The position numbers were made by a program, and so were the translations under genes. Below are positions 29,196-39,295 of a DNA stretch of 64,000 bases, piece by piece. The notes under the pieces are model-generated. The model was not told where the DNA came from. It searched no databases and worked only from the letters and a program-made list of their open reading frames with translations. The DNA lies in NCBI GenBank assembly GCA_965214405.1, contig OZ243956.1, forward strand, positions 1,088,001 to 1,152,000, read 5' to 3'. The DNA is from Trueperaceae bacterium (GTDB taxonomy: Bacteria > Deinococcota > Deinococci > Deinococcales > Trueperaceae). The stretch's first letter is position 1; each line of letters starts with the position of its first letter.

Positions 29196-29467
29196 TTACG
29201 CGTACCAAAAGGCGTCCCGTCCGCGCGCTTGCCTCCCCCGCCCGGCACGACCAAAATGTCGGGCTGCGGGCAGGTGTCAAAGGTGTAGTGGGGGTTAACG
29301 CTCAACGCGTTTCTGGCCCGTACGGGCGTGCGCTCGGCGACGGTGTAGACGTTGAAGGGGTTTGAATCGTCCCGCCTGCCGGTGACCGAAAAAACTTCGG
29401 AGGGGCCGCAGAAGTTTAAGACTTCCACGTCGTCAAAGATTAAAACGGCGACGTTACATTTATTCAT
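29195..29467 (-). pseudogene. Truncated DJ-1/PfpI-family protein
   Basis: VAVLIFDDVEVLNFCGPSEVF..PDILVVPGGG..GTR; homology ends before the catalytic Cys region, abutting the HNH remnant. Confidence 0.75.
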
Positions 29468-29610
29468 GGCGCTCCTCTCGAGCATCTACGCTATCAGCTT
29501 AGGAGTCACGCCGCGAACGTAGCAGAACCTGCCCTGAACTGCGCGCTGAGGAAACCTCGTTTTGCACGGCAGTTTGTGCGAAACTTTTTCAAATTTCAAG
29601 ACGGTTAAAG

Positions 29611-30372
29611 CTACGGCACCGTCCGCGTAGCGTGAGTGAGGGCGTCAGCCAATGCGCGCCCCTGGGCGGCAGCCTCTTCGTAACGTAGATAACCTGAGAC
29701 GCACACGCCCGCGCCGTAAAGACCTTTTAGTCTGGGCAACTTAAAGCTCGAGCCCTCCCACTCACCCTCGGCAAACGTTTGGCACCGCACCGTGTAGGGC
29801 GGGCTGCTGGACAAGGCCTCGAGTTCCAAGGGCTCAAATCCAAACCCGAGCGCCACTAAGTTTTCATAAAGGTCGTCATAGGCCATTTCAGACAGCCGTC
29901 CCGCCTCCTCGACAAGGCTGCCGACGCGGAGCCGCGCTTCTAGAAAGGAGCCGACGCAGAGCGCCGCGCGTTTGGCGAGCCGGTCCACGCCTTCCCAGGT
30001 GCTCACGCCCATGACCGTCTCCCCTTCGACCAGCAGCGACGACACGCTCGACTGGAGCAGGTGGAGGCCGGGAAGCGCCTCGAGCACCCCCTTGGCCCCC
30101 CGGTGAAACGCCCAATTACCGACGTAGCCGCTCTCACCAGCTACATCATCATGGACTACGACGCGGTGAACCTCCGCCATGAGCGTGTCGGGGGGCGGCT
30201 CGAGCGTGACGCCGTCGCCCAGCAGGTTGTAAACCGTGTCTAAGCTGGTCGTGACCAGCAGAACATCGAGTCCCGCCCTCGCGCTCGCCGCCGCCGCCTC
30301 GGAGCCGCTGACGCCCGCGCCCACCACGACAAGGTCGTAAACGTGGCCGGGACCCGGAAAACTAGTCGGCAC
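29611..30372 (-). CDS. Short GidA/MnmG-related FAD-dependent oxidoreductase
   Basis: VVGAGVSGSEAA, VGSFL, EAGRLSE, GLYGAG, YEEAAAQG; only 253 aa. Confidence 0.8.
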   Translation of the reverse strand: MPTSFPGPGHVYDLVVVGAGVSGSEAAAASARAGLDVLLVTTSLDTVYNLLGDGVTLEPPPDTLMAEVHRVVVHDDVAGESGYVGNWAFHRGAKGVLEALPGLHLLQSSVSSLLVEGETVMGVSTWEGVDRLAKRAALCVGSFLEARLRVGSLVEEAGRLSEMAYDDLYENLVALGFGFEPLELEALSSSPPYTVRCQTFAEGEWEGSSFKLPRLKGLYGAGVCVSGYLRYEEAAAQGRALADALTHATRTVP

Positions 30373-30377
30373 GCCCC

Positions 30378-30962
30378 TTACTCGTCAAAACCGTCCAAGA
30401 GGGGAAAAGGCTGACGCCGACCGGGCGCTTTGATGAGCAGGTGCTCGCCCGAAAGCGTGCGCTGGTAGATGAGCACGCCCTTGGGATGATCTAACAGGCT
30501 CGTCGGCTCGGACGCGTCCACCATCACCCGGAGGTGCAGGGGCAGCGCGGTGCGTAAGAAACCCATCTCGTAGCGCTCCGCGCCCCCGAAGCGGTAGCCG
30601 AAAAAGACGTCCGCGGGGGACAAGTCGCTGTAGACGCAAGTTAAAGATTGCGCCTCGTTCGCGCGGTAGAGGGCGACGGCCTCCCACACGGCGGCCTGGG
30701 CGTCGGCTTCGCTCACGAACTCGAGCGCGACTTTGCCCGTTTCGCCGTAAAAGGCGGCGGGAAAGTTTTTAGACTGCGCGTAGACCCCCCGGTCTCCGGC
30801 CACCAAATCCATGACCTTGTTGCTATACACGTCGCCCTTGACTTCGCTTTTTAGGTAAGCGATGGCCAGGCCGAAGCGGCGGTCGTGGACTTCTGCAAAC
30901 TCTTCCCAATCGGGGTCGATGAGGGCGGTGTCGGTATTGACTTCGAAACCGAGGTGCATCAA
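30378..30962 (-). CDS. Hypothetical protein
   Basis: Coupled to menG and the GidA-like gene; no motif recognised. Confidence 0.75.
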   Translation of the reverse strand: MMHLGFEVNTDTALIDPDWEEFAEVHDRRFGLAIAYLKSEVKGDVYSNKVMDLVAGDRGVYAQSKNFPAAFYGETGKVALEFVSEADAQAAVWEAVALYRANEAQSLTCVYSDLSPADVFFGYRFGGAERYEMGFLRTALPLHLRVMVDASEPTSLLDHPKGVLIYQRTLSGEHLLIKAPGRRQPFPLLDGFDE

Positions 30963-31831
30963 AGGGGGTCTCCTAAACGTGCCGGGTGGTTAAAGGCTGA
31001 TGGACGGTTGGGTACTTTGTAATCTTCTGGTTCATTATCTTTTAGTTTATCTCTCGGCGCGTCATCCGCCAGCTTATACCCCACATGGAGCGCCGACACG
31101 CCGAACGTTTGCAGGCGGTAGCGCACCCCGCCAAACCCGGCGTGTTGCATCATGCGGGCGAGGGCGTCCGGTTTGGGAAACTGGAGCACCGACTCGGGCA
31201 GGTAGCTGTACGCGCTCCGGCGACCCGAGACGGCCCCGCCGATGACAGGTAACACTTTGAGAAAGTACGCGCGAAAGATTCGTCCCAAAGGACCCTCGGG
31301 CGGCGGCGGGAACTCTAAAACCACGAGCCGCCCGCCGGGTTTAAGCACCCGGTAGAACTCGCGGAGCCCGCGCGCGTAATCCGCAAAGTTGCGGAGTCCG
31401 TAGGCAATCGTCACCACGTCGAAACTTGCCGCGTCGAAAGGAAGCTTGAGGCCGTCGCCCTGTAAAAGCGTGACGTCTAAGTTTTGCTTGGCGGCCTTCG
31501 TGCGGCCCCGCTCGAGCATCGCCTCGACAAAATCCACGCCGACCACGTCCGTCTGAGGCCGCGCCCGCTTGATAGCGAGCGCCAAGTCGGCGGTGCCGGT
31601 CGCCACGTCGAGCACGCGCTCCGGCCCTCCCGCTAACGCCTCCCGCGTCGCCTCCGCCCGCCACTGCCTGTCTACGCCGAGGCTAAGCAGCGCGTTCAGC
31701 AGGTCGTAGCGCGCGGCGATGTCACGAAACATGTCGTGGACCTGTGACGCCTTCTCCTCGTTATGACCTGGGTTATGGCTCGGGTTACGACCAGAGTCCC
31801 GATTTTCGTCTCGAGTGGCGGACGGCTCCAT
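30959..31831 (-). CDS. menG: Demethylmenaquinone methyltransferase (UbiE/MenG)
   Basis: MFRDIAARYDLLN, VLDVATGTAD, YGLRN, RVLKPGG, AYSYLPES. Confidence 0.92.
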   Translation of the reverse strand: MEPSATRDENRDSGRNPSHNPGHNEEKASQVHDMFRDIAARYDLLNALLSLGVDRQWRAEATREALAGGPERVLDVATGTADLALAIKRARPQTDVVGVDFVEAMLERGRTKAAKQNLDVTLLQGDGLKLPFDAASFDVVTIAYGLRNFADYARGLREFYRVLKPGGRLVVLEFPPPPEGPLGRIFRAYFLKVLPVIGGAVSGRRSAYSYLPESVLQFPKPDALARMMQHAGFGGVRYRLQTFGVSALHVGYKLADDAPRDKLKDNEPEDYKVPNRPSAFNHPARLGDPL

Positions 31832-31964
31832 ACCCAAGGCTATCACACGCGAGCGGCTGAGCAAGGTATAAAAACGCCATTGACGCGTTCATGAACAAGT
31901 GAGCAAAACTGGATGAGGCATCGTCGGCGCGTCGTGTGGTCGAAGCTGCTACGCAGTTAGAGCA

Positions 31965-32492
31965 TTAAAACCGCGCGCTCAAAAAGATTTGCTCACCAAA
32001 CTTGTTGAGAAGAAACGCCGCGACCTTGCTCCCGTCTTCGCTCACACTCACCGTGCCGTCAAAAGCGGTAAATGTTTGAGCGTGACCGCCCTCGAGCAGC
32101 GTCAGCGTGAAGGGATAAGCACCGCCTCTAAGATCGTAAAAAGCTTGTTGACCCGCTCCCGCTGCGCCCTGAAACTCGAGCCGAAAGGCAAAGGGCGCAT
32201 CCTCAGCCGTTATGAAACGAAGTTCCGATGACGTAACTTTCACCTCTGCAAATTCATCCGCACTGCCAAAGCGCAAGGTTGCGGGCACCGCGCCCATGAG
32301 AAACAGCTCGAGCACAGGCGCTTGGTAAGAGGCTGTGGGAGTAAGAGGACGCGTATCAAGTTGCCAGAAGGCAAGTCCCGTTAGCGCCACCATCAGAGTC
32401 AAGATGACCCACAGGGGTGTTCTTATGAGCTGCCGCACCTTTGCGGATGGTGCCGACCAGACGGGGCGTGTTTGGGTCTTGTTCACAGCCAA
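31965..32492 (-). CDS. Hypothetical membrane-anchored protein, divergent from LysR
   Basis: Single N-terminal hydrophobic segment; GTG start behind AGGAGG. Confidence 0.7.
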   Translation of the reverse strand: MAVNKTQTRPVWSAPSAKVRQLIRTPLWVILTLMVALTGLAFWQLDTRPLTPTASYQAPVLELFLMGAVPATLRFGSADEFAEVKVTSSELRFITAEDAPFAFRLEFQGAAGAGQQAFYDLRGGAYPFTLTLLEGGHAQTFTAFDGTVSVSEDGSKVAAFLLNKFGEQIFLSARF

Positions 32493-32576
32493 CCTCCTCT
32501 ACCTACACTTGACGTAAGGTTAGGCGTTGTGGACGGCGAAAATCAAAAGCGAGAGGCGATGGATGGAGCCGCGTCC

Positions 32577-32591
32577 ATCGAAAAACCAGAT
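32577..32591. promoter_or_regulatory. Putative LysR box
   Basis: ATCgaaaaaccaGAT (T-N11-A with dyad) in the divergent intergenic region. Confidence 0.45.
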
Positions 32592-32624
32592 AGACGCTCC
32601 CGCATAAAGGCGTTAGACTGAACC

Positions 32625-33554
32625 ATGAAGCTCCAGCAATTAAGAGCGTTTCTCGCGGTATTGGACTCGAGCTCCTTCTCCGAGGCGGCTCTAGACCTCG
32701 GCACCTCGCAGTCCACGGTGAGTTACGCGGTGGCCGAGCTTGAAAAAGAACTCGGCGTCAAACTCCTCACGCGCGGTCGCTTCGGCGCGGAGCCGACCGA
32801 GGTTGGTTTGAGAGTCGCCGCACACGCGCGGGGCATCTTTGCGCTCGCCGACGCCGTTCGGCAGGAGGCCGATGTGGCGCGGGGACGCATCCGGGGCACT
32901 CTCAGGGTGGCGACCTTTCGCAGCGCCGCAGGAAAAATTCTGCCCAAGGTCATCGCGCGGCTTAAACGCGACCATCCCGGTTTGTCCGTTCGGCTGCTCG
33001 AGTTCGACAACGAACTCTCGCCGGGCGAGTCGAAGCGGCAGCTCGTGCGCGACCACCTCGCCGAGGTGGCGTTTATCGACCTTTTGACCGGCAAAGACGA
33101 CCTGATCGCCTGGGAACTCATGCGCGACCCCTACCGCGCCCTGCTGCACGTCAGCGACTTGCGGGAAAGATTCGCCTGGTCGGAGGTCGGCAACAGCCCG
33201 CTGATTTTTTGCGACCACACGGCCTGCGGCTCCTACGTGAAACAGCACGCCCGGACCTTGGGGATTGGCGCAAGACCCGCTTACGACGTGAGGGAAGACT
33301 CGACCATCGCGCGCATGGTCTCGGAAGGCTTGGGCGTCGGCATCTTGCCCGAGTTCGCCATCGACGCACCCCCCGAGAACGTCAAGACCGTACCGCTGGA
33401 CCCGCCGTTGGAGCGCCCCATCTACGTCGCCATCTCCCCCAACAGCCTCAAAATTCCGGCGGTGCGGGCTTTTCTGAACGTACTCAAGACGCAGTTCCCG
33501 GAGAGTGAATTGCCCAAGCTCGAGCTTCACAGCGCAAACCTGAGCGTTCACTAA
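32625..33554 (+). CDS. LysR-family transcriptional regulator
   Basis: QLRAF..SFSEAA..QSTVSYAVAELEKELGVKLLTR HTH; GLGVGILP. Confidence 0.95.
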   Translation: MKLQQLRAFLAVLDSSSFSEAALDLGTSQSTVSYAVAELEKELGVKLLTRGRFGAEPTEVGLRVAAHARGIFALADAVRQEADVARGRIRGTLRVATFRSAAGKILPKVIARLKRDHPGLSVRLLEFDNELSPGESKRQLVRDHLAEVAFIDLLTGKDDLIAWELMRDPYRALLHVSDLRERFAWSEVGNSPLIFCDHTACGSYVKQHARTLGIGARPAYDVREDSTIARMVSEGLGVGILPEFAIDAPPENVKTVPLDPPLERPIYVAISPNSLKIPAVRAFLNVLKTQFPESELPKLELHSANLSVH

Positions 33555-33562
33555 GATTAAAT

Positions 33563-33614
33563 AAGGTCAAACTACCAACGTTAAACTACCAAGGTTGAAC
33601 TACTAAGGTTGAAC
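33563..33614. repeat. Degenerate 14-bp tandem repeat (~3.7 copies)
   Basis: AAGGTCAAACTACC AACGTTAAACTACC AAGGTTGAACTACT AAGGTTGAAC between convergent genes. Confidence 0.75.
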
Positions 33615-33650
33615 AAGGCCAAGACCTTTAACAAACGCTCCTCCCGCTCC

Positions 33651-35129
33651 CTACCGACTCCAAAAAGGCGTATCCCCCGCGGCGATGGTGCGCGCCTCGC
33701 CCTCTAAAGGCAGCACGAGCAGGTGCGGCCCGTCGGCCTCGAGCGTCGGCAGCACAATCGCGTTGCTTTCCGGTGACCACAGCGAATGGCTGAGCGCGTA
33801 CTGGTCGAAAAAGGGCAAGAACTGGCCCAGAAAGAGGCTCGTCGGCAAAAAGGAGGTTCGCAGCCGCACTTCAAAGCTGGCGACCTCCACGACCGTTAGG
33901 TTTAAGAAAGGAAGTTGGGGCTGCGCTTGAAAAGATGCGAGTTGCGCTAAGGGCGCGTCACTCAGGCCCCCCGCCACGTCGCCGCCCTCTTCTAAAAAGG
34001 GGCTCAAGTAGGCGAGGTAGCGCCCGTCGGGTGACCAGAAAAAGGCCACGCTGAGTTCGTTCGCAAGCGTGCTCAAGTCGCCCGTCCGGGCGTCTAAAAG
34101 GCGGATGGGGCCGTAAAACGCGCGGGCGGGCGCGGGCGGCGAGGAGAGCGCCAGCACGTCCTCGGTCGGGCTCCAGCCGAGCGCCACCAGCCCCTCGTGA
34201 GGAAACTCACGCGCGGTCTCTGATACGGTCTCCGCCGCACCGTCTCCCCCACTATTTCCTCCAGGGCTCCCGCCACTGCCTTGCCCGTTATCTCCCCCAC
34301 TACCCTCCCCACTGCCTTCTTCACTAGCCGACGCGCCCTCGAATCCAGGATTTTCCCTCACCACGACACGCCCGCGGCCAAGAGCGTCCCTTTCGGCGTA
34401 GGCCACAAAGCGCCCGCTGGGCGAGATGCCAGGGGCCTGAAAAAAGCCGGGCTGTGCCAGGTTCGCTTCAGCCTGCTCAGCACCTCCGCCCGTCGCCACG
34501 TTAGGGTCACCTTCCGCGCTAATAAAGGTGAGGCGCGCGCCCTCACCCGTAAAGCCGGTGTGAATGAAGAGGCTCGAGCCGTCCGCGCTCCAGTCCCAGT
34601 AAAAGGGGTTGCCCGTCGCCAGGAGGCGGCTCGAGCCCTCCCGCAACGACGCCAGATGAAGCCCGAGCGTGCCCCCGCCGTCCGCGCCCGAACGGTTGGC
34701 GATAAACGCGACCGTCTTGCCGCCAGGCGACCAGTAGAGATAAATGGGCGGCTCTTCCGCGCTGCGGTAAAGCTCCACGGGTGCGGCGTCCTCAGACGTG
34801 CTGGAGGCGTCGGCAGGGGTGTCGGTAAACGTGTAGACCGCCGCGCTGGGCGCGTCTGCGGCGGTGTCTACGGTGATGGCCGCAATCTTATCACCCTCGG
34901 GCGACCAGGCAGGAAACTGAACAACCCGCCCGGCCTCGCTCAGCACGCGTAAATCGCTTCCGTTCGGCGCTACGGTGGCGAGTTGACCCTCCGGGTCTAC
35001 AAAAGCGATGCGCCCTTCTAAAGCAGGCGTCTGCGCGTCCACGCGTCCGGTTGTCAGGAGACTGGTTGTCAGAATCCCAGCAACGATGTAAAGGAGTAAA
35101 CACCCTCGAGCAGAGCCTAATTGTTTCAT
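33651..35129 (-). CDS. Secreted TolB-like (PD40) beta-propeller protein
   Basis: Signal peptide and repeated WSPxG motifs (PAWSPEG, YWSPGG, WSADG, FWSPDG). Confidence 0.82.
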   Translation of the reverse strand: MKQLGSARGCLLLYIVAGILTTSLLTTGRVDAQTPALEGRIAFVDPEGQLATVAPNGSDLRVLSEAGRVVQFPAWSPEGDKIAAITVDTAADAPSAAVYTFTDTPADASSTSEDAAPVELYRSAEEPPIYLYWSPGGKTVAFIANRSGADGGGTLGLHLASLREGSSRLLATGNPFYWDWSADGSSLFIHTGFTGEGARLTFISAEGDPNVATGGGAEQAEANLAQPGFFQAPGISPSGRFVAYAERDALGRGRVVVRENPGFEGASASEEGSGEGSGGDNGQGSGGSPGGNSGGDGAAETVSETAREFPHEGLVALGWSPTEDVLALSSPPAPARAFYGPIRLLDARTGDLSTLANELSVAFFWSPDGRYLAYLSPFLEEGGDVAGGLSDAPLAQLASFQAQPQLPFLNLTVVEVASFEVRLRTSFLPTSLFLGQFLPFFDQYALSHSLWSPESNAIVLPTLEADGPHLLVLPLEGEARTIAAGDTPFWSR

Positions 35130-35209
35130 AAAGGAAGTGTAGCAGTTTTGGGGATGTTCCGCCAGCAGTACGGCTCGAGCTCTCCACCCCTGCTACGTCC
35201 ATAATGCTC

Positions 35210-36280
35210 TTAGGCTGCGACGGTTTCACCTAATGACGGCTCCGCATACCGCTCTATGGCTTCGGGTACGTGCGTGTCCCTGGGGTCATGGCCCGTTATG
35301 CTGGCGATGAGCGCCGCGAGTTCGGGCAGGCTGGTCAGCGCGACGAGGCGCGCGCGTAGTTCATTGTTTTGGAAGGGCTCGAAGTAACGCAGGAGCGCCC
35401 CGCGTAGCGGCGCAAGCCCCCTTTCTTCGCCGTACCAGGTCAGGTGAAGCGCAGCGTGGCGGTAGGCGAGCGCCGCCACCTTTTCCAAACATGGCTCTAA
35501 ACTTGGCCCCACATTCGGTCCCGAATCTGACCCTGTATTTTCTGACTCTAAATCTAATGCCGCCTCGCCGCGAAACTCGCCAAAAATCCAGGGTCGGCCC
35601 ACCGCCGCCCGCGCGACCATGACGCCTAGACCCAGGGCGCGGTAGCGTTCAAACGCCTCCCGCGTCGCCACGTCACCTGAGCCGATGACGGGAATTTTTA
35701 CACCCTGCGCGACCTCGGCAATCCCCTCCCAATCGGCCTCGCCGCCGTACTTCTGGAGCGCGGTGCGCCCGTGAACCGCGAGGGCGGACGCGCCCGCGGC
35801 CTCGAGCGCCCTCGCCACCTCGGGCGCATTGACGCGGTCATACCCCAAGCGCATCTTGACGCTTACGGGCACCGGCACCGCCCGCTTAAGCGCGCTCACA
35901 ATCGCCGCGGCCCGCTCCGGACGCCGCATAAGCTCCGCGCCGCAGCCCTTATCGAGGATTTTTTTGACCGGGCAGCCCATGTTGAGGTCCAAGGCGGCGG
36001 GTTTATAAGTCTCCACCAAAAGCGCCCCAGCTTCCGCGGTCACCTCGGGCTCGCTCCCGAAAATCTGGATGACCAGGTCGGGCTCGCCCGCGTAGGGCGC
36101 GCTGATGTCCAAGCCCCGCCCGCCGCCCTGCATGAGCCCTTTCGCGCTCACCATTTCGGTCACGGCCCAGGCGCTCCCGAACTCGCGGCAGAGCTTACGA
36201 AAAGGCGCGTCGGTAAAGCCCGCCATCGGCGCGAGCACGGCCCCGCCCTCGAGGCGTTTGGCGGTAAAGAAATTTGTCAC
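35210..36280 (-). CDS. dusB: tRNA-dihydrouridine synthase
   Basis: LAPMAGFTDAPFR, TEMVS, DLNMGCP, VKMRLG, AVHGRT. Confidence 0.9.
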   Translation of the reverse strand: MTNFFTAKRLEGGAVLAPMAGFTDAPFRKLCREFGSAWAVTEMVSAKGLMQGGGRGLDISAPYAGEPDLVIQIFGSEPEVTAEAGALLVETYKPAALDLNMGCPVKKILDKGCGAELMRRPERAAAIVSALKRAVPVPVSVKMRLGYDRVNAPEVARALEAAGASALAVHGRTALQKYGGEADWEGIAEVAQGVKIPVIGSGDVATREAFERYRALGLGVMVARAAVGRPWIFGEFRGEAALDLESENTGSDSGPNVGPSLEPCLEKVAALAYRHAALHLTWYGEERGLAPLRGALLRYFEPFQNNELRARLVALTSLPELAALIASITGHDPRDTHVPEAIERYAEPSLGETVAA

Positions 36281-36525
36281 GCACTATTCTACTGTAGTCG
36301 TTGGCGTTACGTGAAGGTTGAGTTAGCCAAGGAAAGGACCGAAGAAGGACCGAGGACCGGGTGAAAAGTAGGCTCGAGAACTTATTCTCTTTGCCTCAAC
36401 AACGGGGCGTGGGCTCGAGCGTCGTAAGCCAAACGTCGTAGGGACAGACGTTTACGGGGTAGCATACGCGTTGCTTGCAAAATCCAGTCAAAGCGTGCGA
36501 CTTGGCTGATTAGCCGGGAGGCACT

Positions 36526-37818
36526 ATGACATTTGAGAAATTCAATCTTCATCCCCGCGTTCTTATGGGTGTAAAAAATGCGGGCTACACCACGCCCACG
36601 CCAATCCAGGAGCAGGCGATTCCGGCGGCACTCGAGGGGCGCGACGTGTTGGGTTTGGCGCAGACCGGCACCGGCAAAACCGCCGCGTTCGCGCTGCCGC
36701 TTCTCAACCGACTTCACGAAGGTCCGAGGGGACGCATTCGTGCGCTCGTGGTCGCGCCCACTCGGGAGCTTGCCGAGCAAATCCACGGGGAGATTTCTGT
36801 CCTCGGCAAGGGCACCCATCTGCGTAGCGCCACCGTGTATGGCGGCGTGGGCATGACCCCGCAGATACGTGCGCTCAAAGGCAACGCCGAAATCATCGTG
36901 GCGTGCCCTGGACGGCTTTTGGACCACTTAGAGCGCAAAAACGGCACCCTCTCGAGCGTCGAAGTGCTTGTACTCGACGAGGCCGACCACATGTTCGACA
37001 TGGGCTTCCTACCCGCCATCAGGTCCATCGTCAAACGCGTGCCGCCCGAGGCGCAGCGACTTCTTTTCTCCGCCACCATGCCGGACGCGCTGCGCGGTCT
37101 TGCCGAGGCCATTCTGAAAAATCCGGTCACGGTGGAGGTCGGTCACGCCGCGCCCGCCGAGACCGTCTCGCACGCGCTGTACCCGGTCGAGCGCCACCAG
37201 AAAACGCCGCTGCTCAAGCACCTTTTGCGCGAACGAGACACCCGGAGCGCCCTTGTCTTTACCCGCACCAAGCACACGGCCAAACGCCTCGCGGAACAGC
37301 TCGATAAAGACAACTTCTTTGCGACCTCGCTCCAGGGCAATCTGTCGCAAAACCGGCGGCAAAAGGCGTTAGACGGCTTTCGTCGGGGCGACTTTCACGT
37401 TTTGGTCGCAACCGACATCGCGGCGCGCGGCATCGACGTGTCGCGCGTGTCTCACGTGATTAATTACGACGTGCCGACCACGCCGGAGGCCTACACCCAC
37501 CGCATCGGGCGCACCGGGCGCGCGGAACGGAGCGGCGAGGCGTTTACCTTAGTGACGCCGGAGGACGAAAGCGCGGTTCGCGCCATCGAGCGCTCGCTTG
37601 GCGAAAGGCTCGAGCGCGTCAACCTCGACACCTTTACGTATGAGGGCGGTCAAGAGAACGGCCGTGAGAGTGACACCATCTCCAGTGGTCGTCCAGCGCG
37701 TGGGGGACGCGCGCAGACAAGGGGATCGAAGGGACCACGCGGCGGGAACGCGCGCAGAACGCAGCGCAGCCGCTCCGACAAAACGCGGCCCGCCCACAAA
37801 CAAAATAAAAAGGGGTAG
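36526..37818 (+). CDS. DEAD-box RNA helicase (RhlE-like)
   Basis: PTPIQ, AQTGTGKT, PTRELA, DEAD, SAT, ARGID, HRIGRTGR; basic C-terminal tail. Confidence 0.95.
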   Translation: MTFEKFNLHPRVLMGVKNAGYTTPTPIQEQAIPAALEGRDVLGLAQTGTGKTAAFALPLLNRLHEGPRGRIRALVVAPTRELAEQIHGEISVLGKGTHLRSATVYGGVGMTPQIRALKGNAEIIVACPGRLLDHLERKNGTLSSVEVLVLDEADHMFDMGFLPAIRSIVKRVPPEAQRLLFSATMPDALRGLAEAILKNPVTVEVGHAAPAETVSHALYPVERHQKTPLLKHLLRERDTRSALVFTRTKHTAKRLAEQLDKDNFFATSLQGNLSQNRRQKALDGFRRGDFHVLVATDIAARGIDVSRVSHVINYDVPTTPEAYTHRIGRTGRAERSGEAFTLVTPEDESAVRAIERSLGERLERVNLDTFTYEGGQENGRESDTISSGRPARGGRAQTRGSKGPRGGNARRTQRSRSDKTRPAHKQNKKG

Positions 37819-37914
37819 ACGGCGCAGGCGCAACGTACCGACATTGCAGAGATTGCCGACACCCGCCCAATCAAGCCGGACGGCCCCTGTTATAGTCGCG
37901 CGTGAGGTGCGCTC

Positions 37915-38574
37915 ATGTCTAAAAAGAACGCCGGGTGGTTTGACGTCACCTACCCCATCAACGAAAAAATGGTGCGCTGGCCGGGGCAGCCGCCCACCAC
38001 CCTCGAGCGGGTAAGCAGCATCGCCGAAGGCGACGCCGCGAACGTGAGCGTGTTGCGGATGAGCCTGCACACGGGCACGCACATGGACGCGCCGCTGCAC
38101 TTTCTGGCGGACGGCGCGGACATCACCACCGTTCCCTTCGGGGTGATGGTTGGCAGCGTGCGTGTGGCGCGTATTGAGGCCGAGAGTCTGTCTAAAGCCC
38201 AGATAGAAACGTACGAGGCGCGTGCGGGCGCGTTCGTGAAGGGTGAAAAAGTCTTTTTCAGAACGGAGAACTCGAGCCGCCCCTGGTTGGAAGAGCCTTT
38301 TAGAAAGGACTACGTCGCTGTGGAGGCTGAAGCCGCGCGGTATTTGGCTGATAAGGGAATCCTGGTTGTGGGGGTCGATTATCTGTCGGTCGCCCCCTTT
38401 GGCAATCCCGCCGAAACCCACCGCATCCTCCTTGGCGCGGGCGTCTGGATTATTGAGGGGCTGGACCTGCGAGAGGTTGACGAAGGCCGTTTTGAGATGC
38501 TGGCGCTTCCCCTCAAAATAAAAGGGAGCGACGCCGCGCCGCTACGGGTGTTGCTGCGCCAAGCAGAAACTTAA
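37915..38574 (+). CDS. Cyclase family / kynurenine formamidase-like hydrolase
   Basis: HTGTHMDAP, GVDYLS, IIEGL, LPLKI. Confidence 0.9.
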   Translation: MSKKNAGWFDVTYPINEKMVRWPGQPPTTLERVSSIAEGDAANVSVLRMSLHTGTHMDAPLHFLADGADITTVPFGVMVGSVRVARIEAESLSKAQIETYEARAGAFVKGEKVFFRTENSSRPWLEEPFRKDYVAVEAEAARYLADKGILVVGVDYLSVAPFGNPAETHRILLGAGVWIIEGLDLREVDEGRFEMLALPLKIKGSDAAPLRVLLRQAET

Positions 38575-38671
38575 AAATCCTCGGGACGTCCCTTCGCATC
38601 CAGCCAACAGGAGGTGGCGTCGTAGAGACCGCGCACCTCCGAAAATTCCGTCACGCGCGTTTTAATCTGCT

Positions 38672-38995
38672 TTAGGCGTCGTTCTCGTCCTCCTCGCGGA
38701 TGACTTCTAACTTTACCCTCGTGACGAGCGCCGCGAGAGCGCCCACGGCGGCCAGGAGGGGCGCGGCCCAGGCCACCAAACCTCCGGCCACCACGCCGAT
38801 GGTGAGGGGCACGGTCATAAGCTCGTTGCCGTCTTGCGTTTTGATGATGACGCGGCGAGTCGAGCTGTCTTGGACGAGTTCTTTGATGCGGTCGACGAGC
38901 GCGCTACCCGTCACCTCGAGCTCCTCTATCCGGGTGCGCTTTTTGCCCTGCGGGTCTTGATTGCCTTCTTGGGACGTGTTCTCTTGGTCGCTCAC
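38672..38995 (-). CDS. DUF4342-like small protein
   Basis: LVDRIKELV..RRVIIK..VPLT followed by a Gly/Ala hydrophobic hairpin. Confidence 0.78.
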   Translation of the reverse strand: MSDQENTSQEGNQDPQGKKRTRIEELEVTGSALVDRIKELVQDSSTRRVIIKTQDGNELMTVPLTIGVVAGGLVAWAAPLLAAVGALAALVTRVKLEVIREEDENDA

Positions 38996-39242
38996 GGCTA
39001 CCTCCTTGTGCAGATTTGGGTACGCAATCTTCTGGTGTAAAAACTTAGGGGATAATGAACGGACTTTACCTCACGCAGTTGTGATTGTTTGGGCTCGAGC
39101 CTCGGGGAATACCAGCTCTACCCCATACTCTTTAACCCACTCCCTCCTCTCGTGACAAGCATAATGGTCCGCCTAGCAGACTACCTCATCATAAAGGGGG
39201 AGGCGCGCAAGGACGCCGGATAACGGGACCCGCGGGAGCCGC

Positions 39243-39274
39243 AAAAAATGAGGGCCGGAAATCCCGGCCCTCAT
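39243..39274 (-). terminator. Intrinsic terminator
   Basis: ATGAGGGCCGG-N5-CCGGCCCTCAT followed by a T-run on the minus strand. Confidence 0.8.
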
Positions 39275-39295
39275 CCTATGGGGTGCGCTCAGAGT

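Noticed and set aside
32691..33551. Long antisense ORFs (also 37549-38421, 41689-42489, 61471-62247)
   Set aside because: Shadows of well-supported opposite-strand genes in high-GC DNA, with no motifs of their own.
33563..33614. CRISPR array here or at 62199-62242
   Set aside because: Short contiguous tandem units with no spacers.
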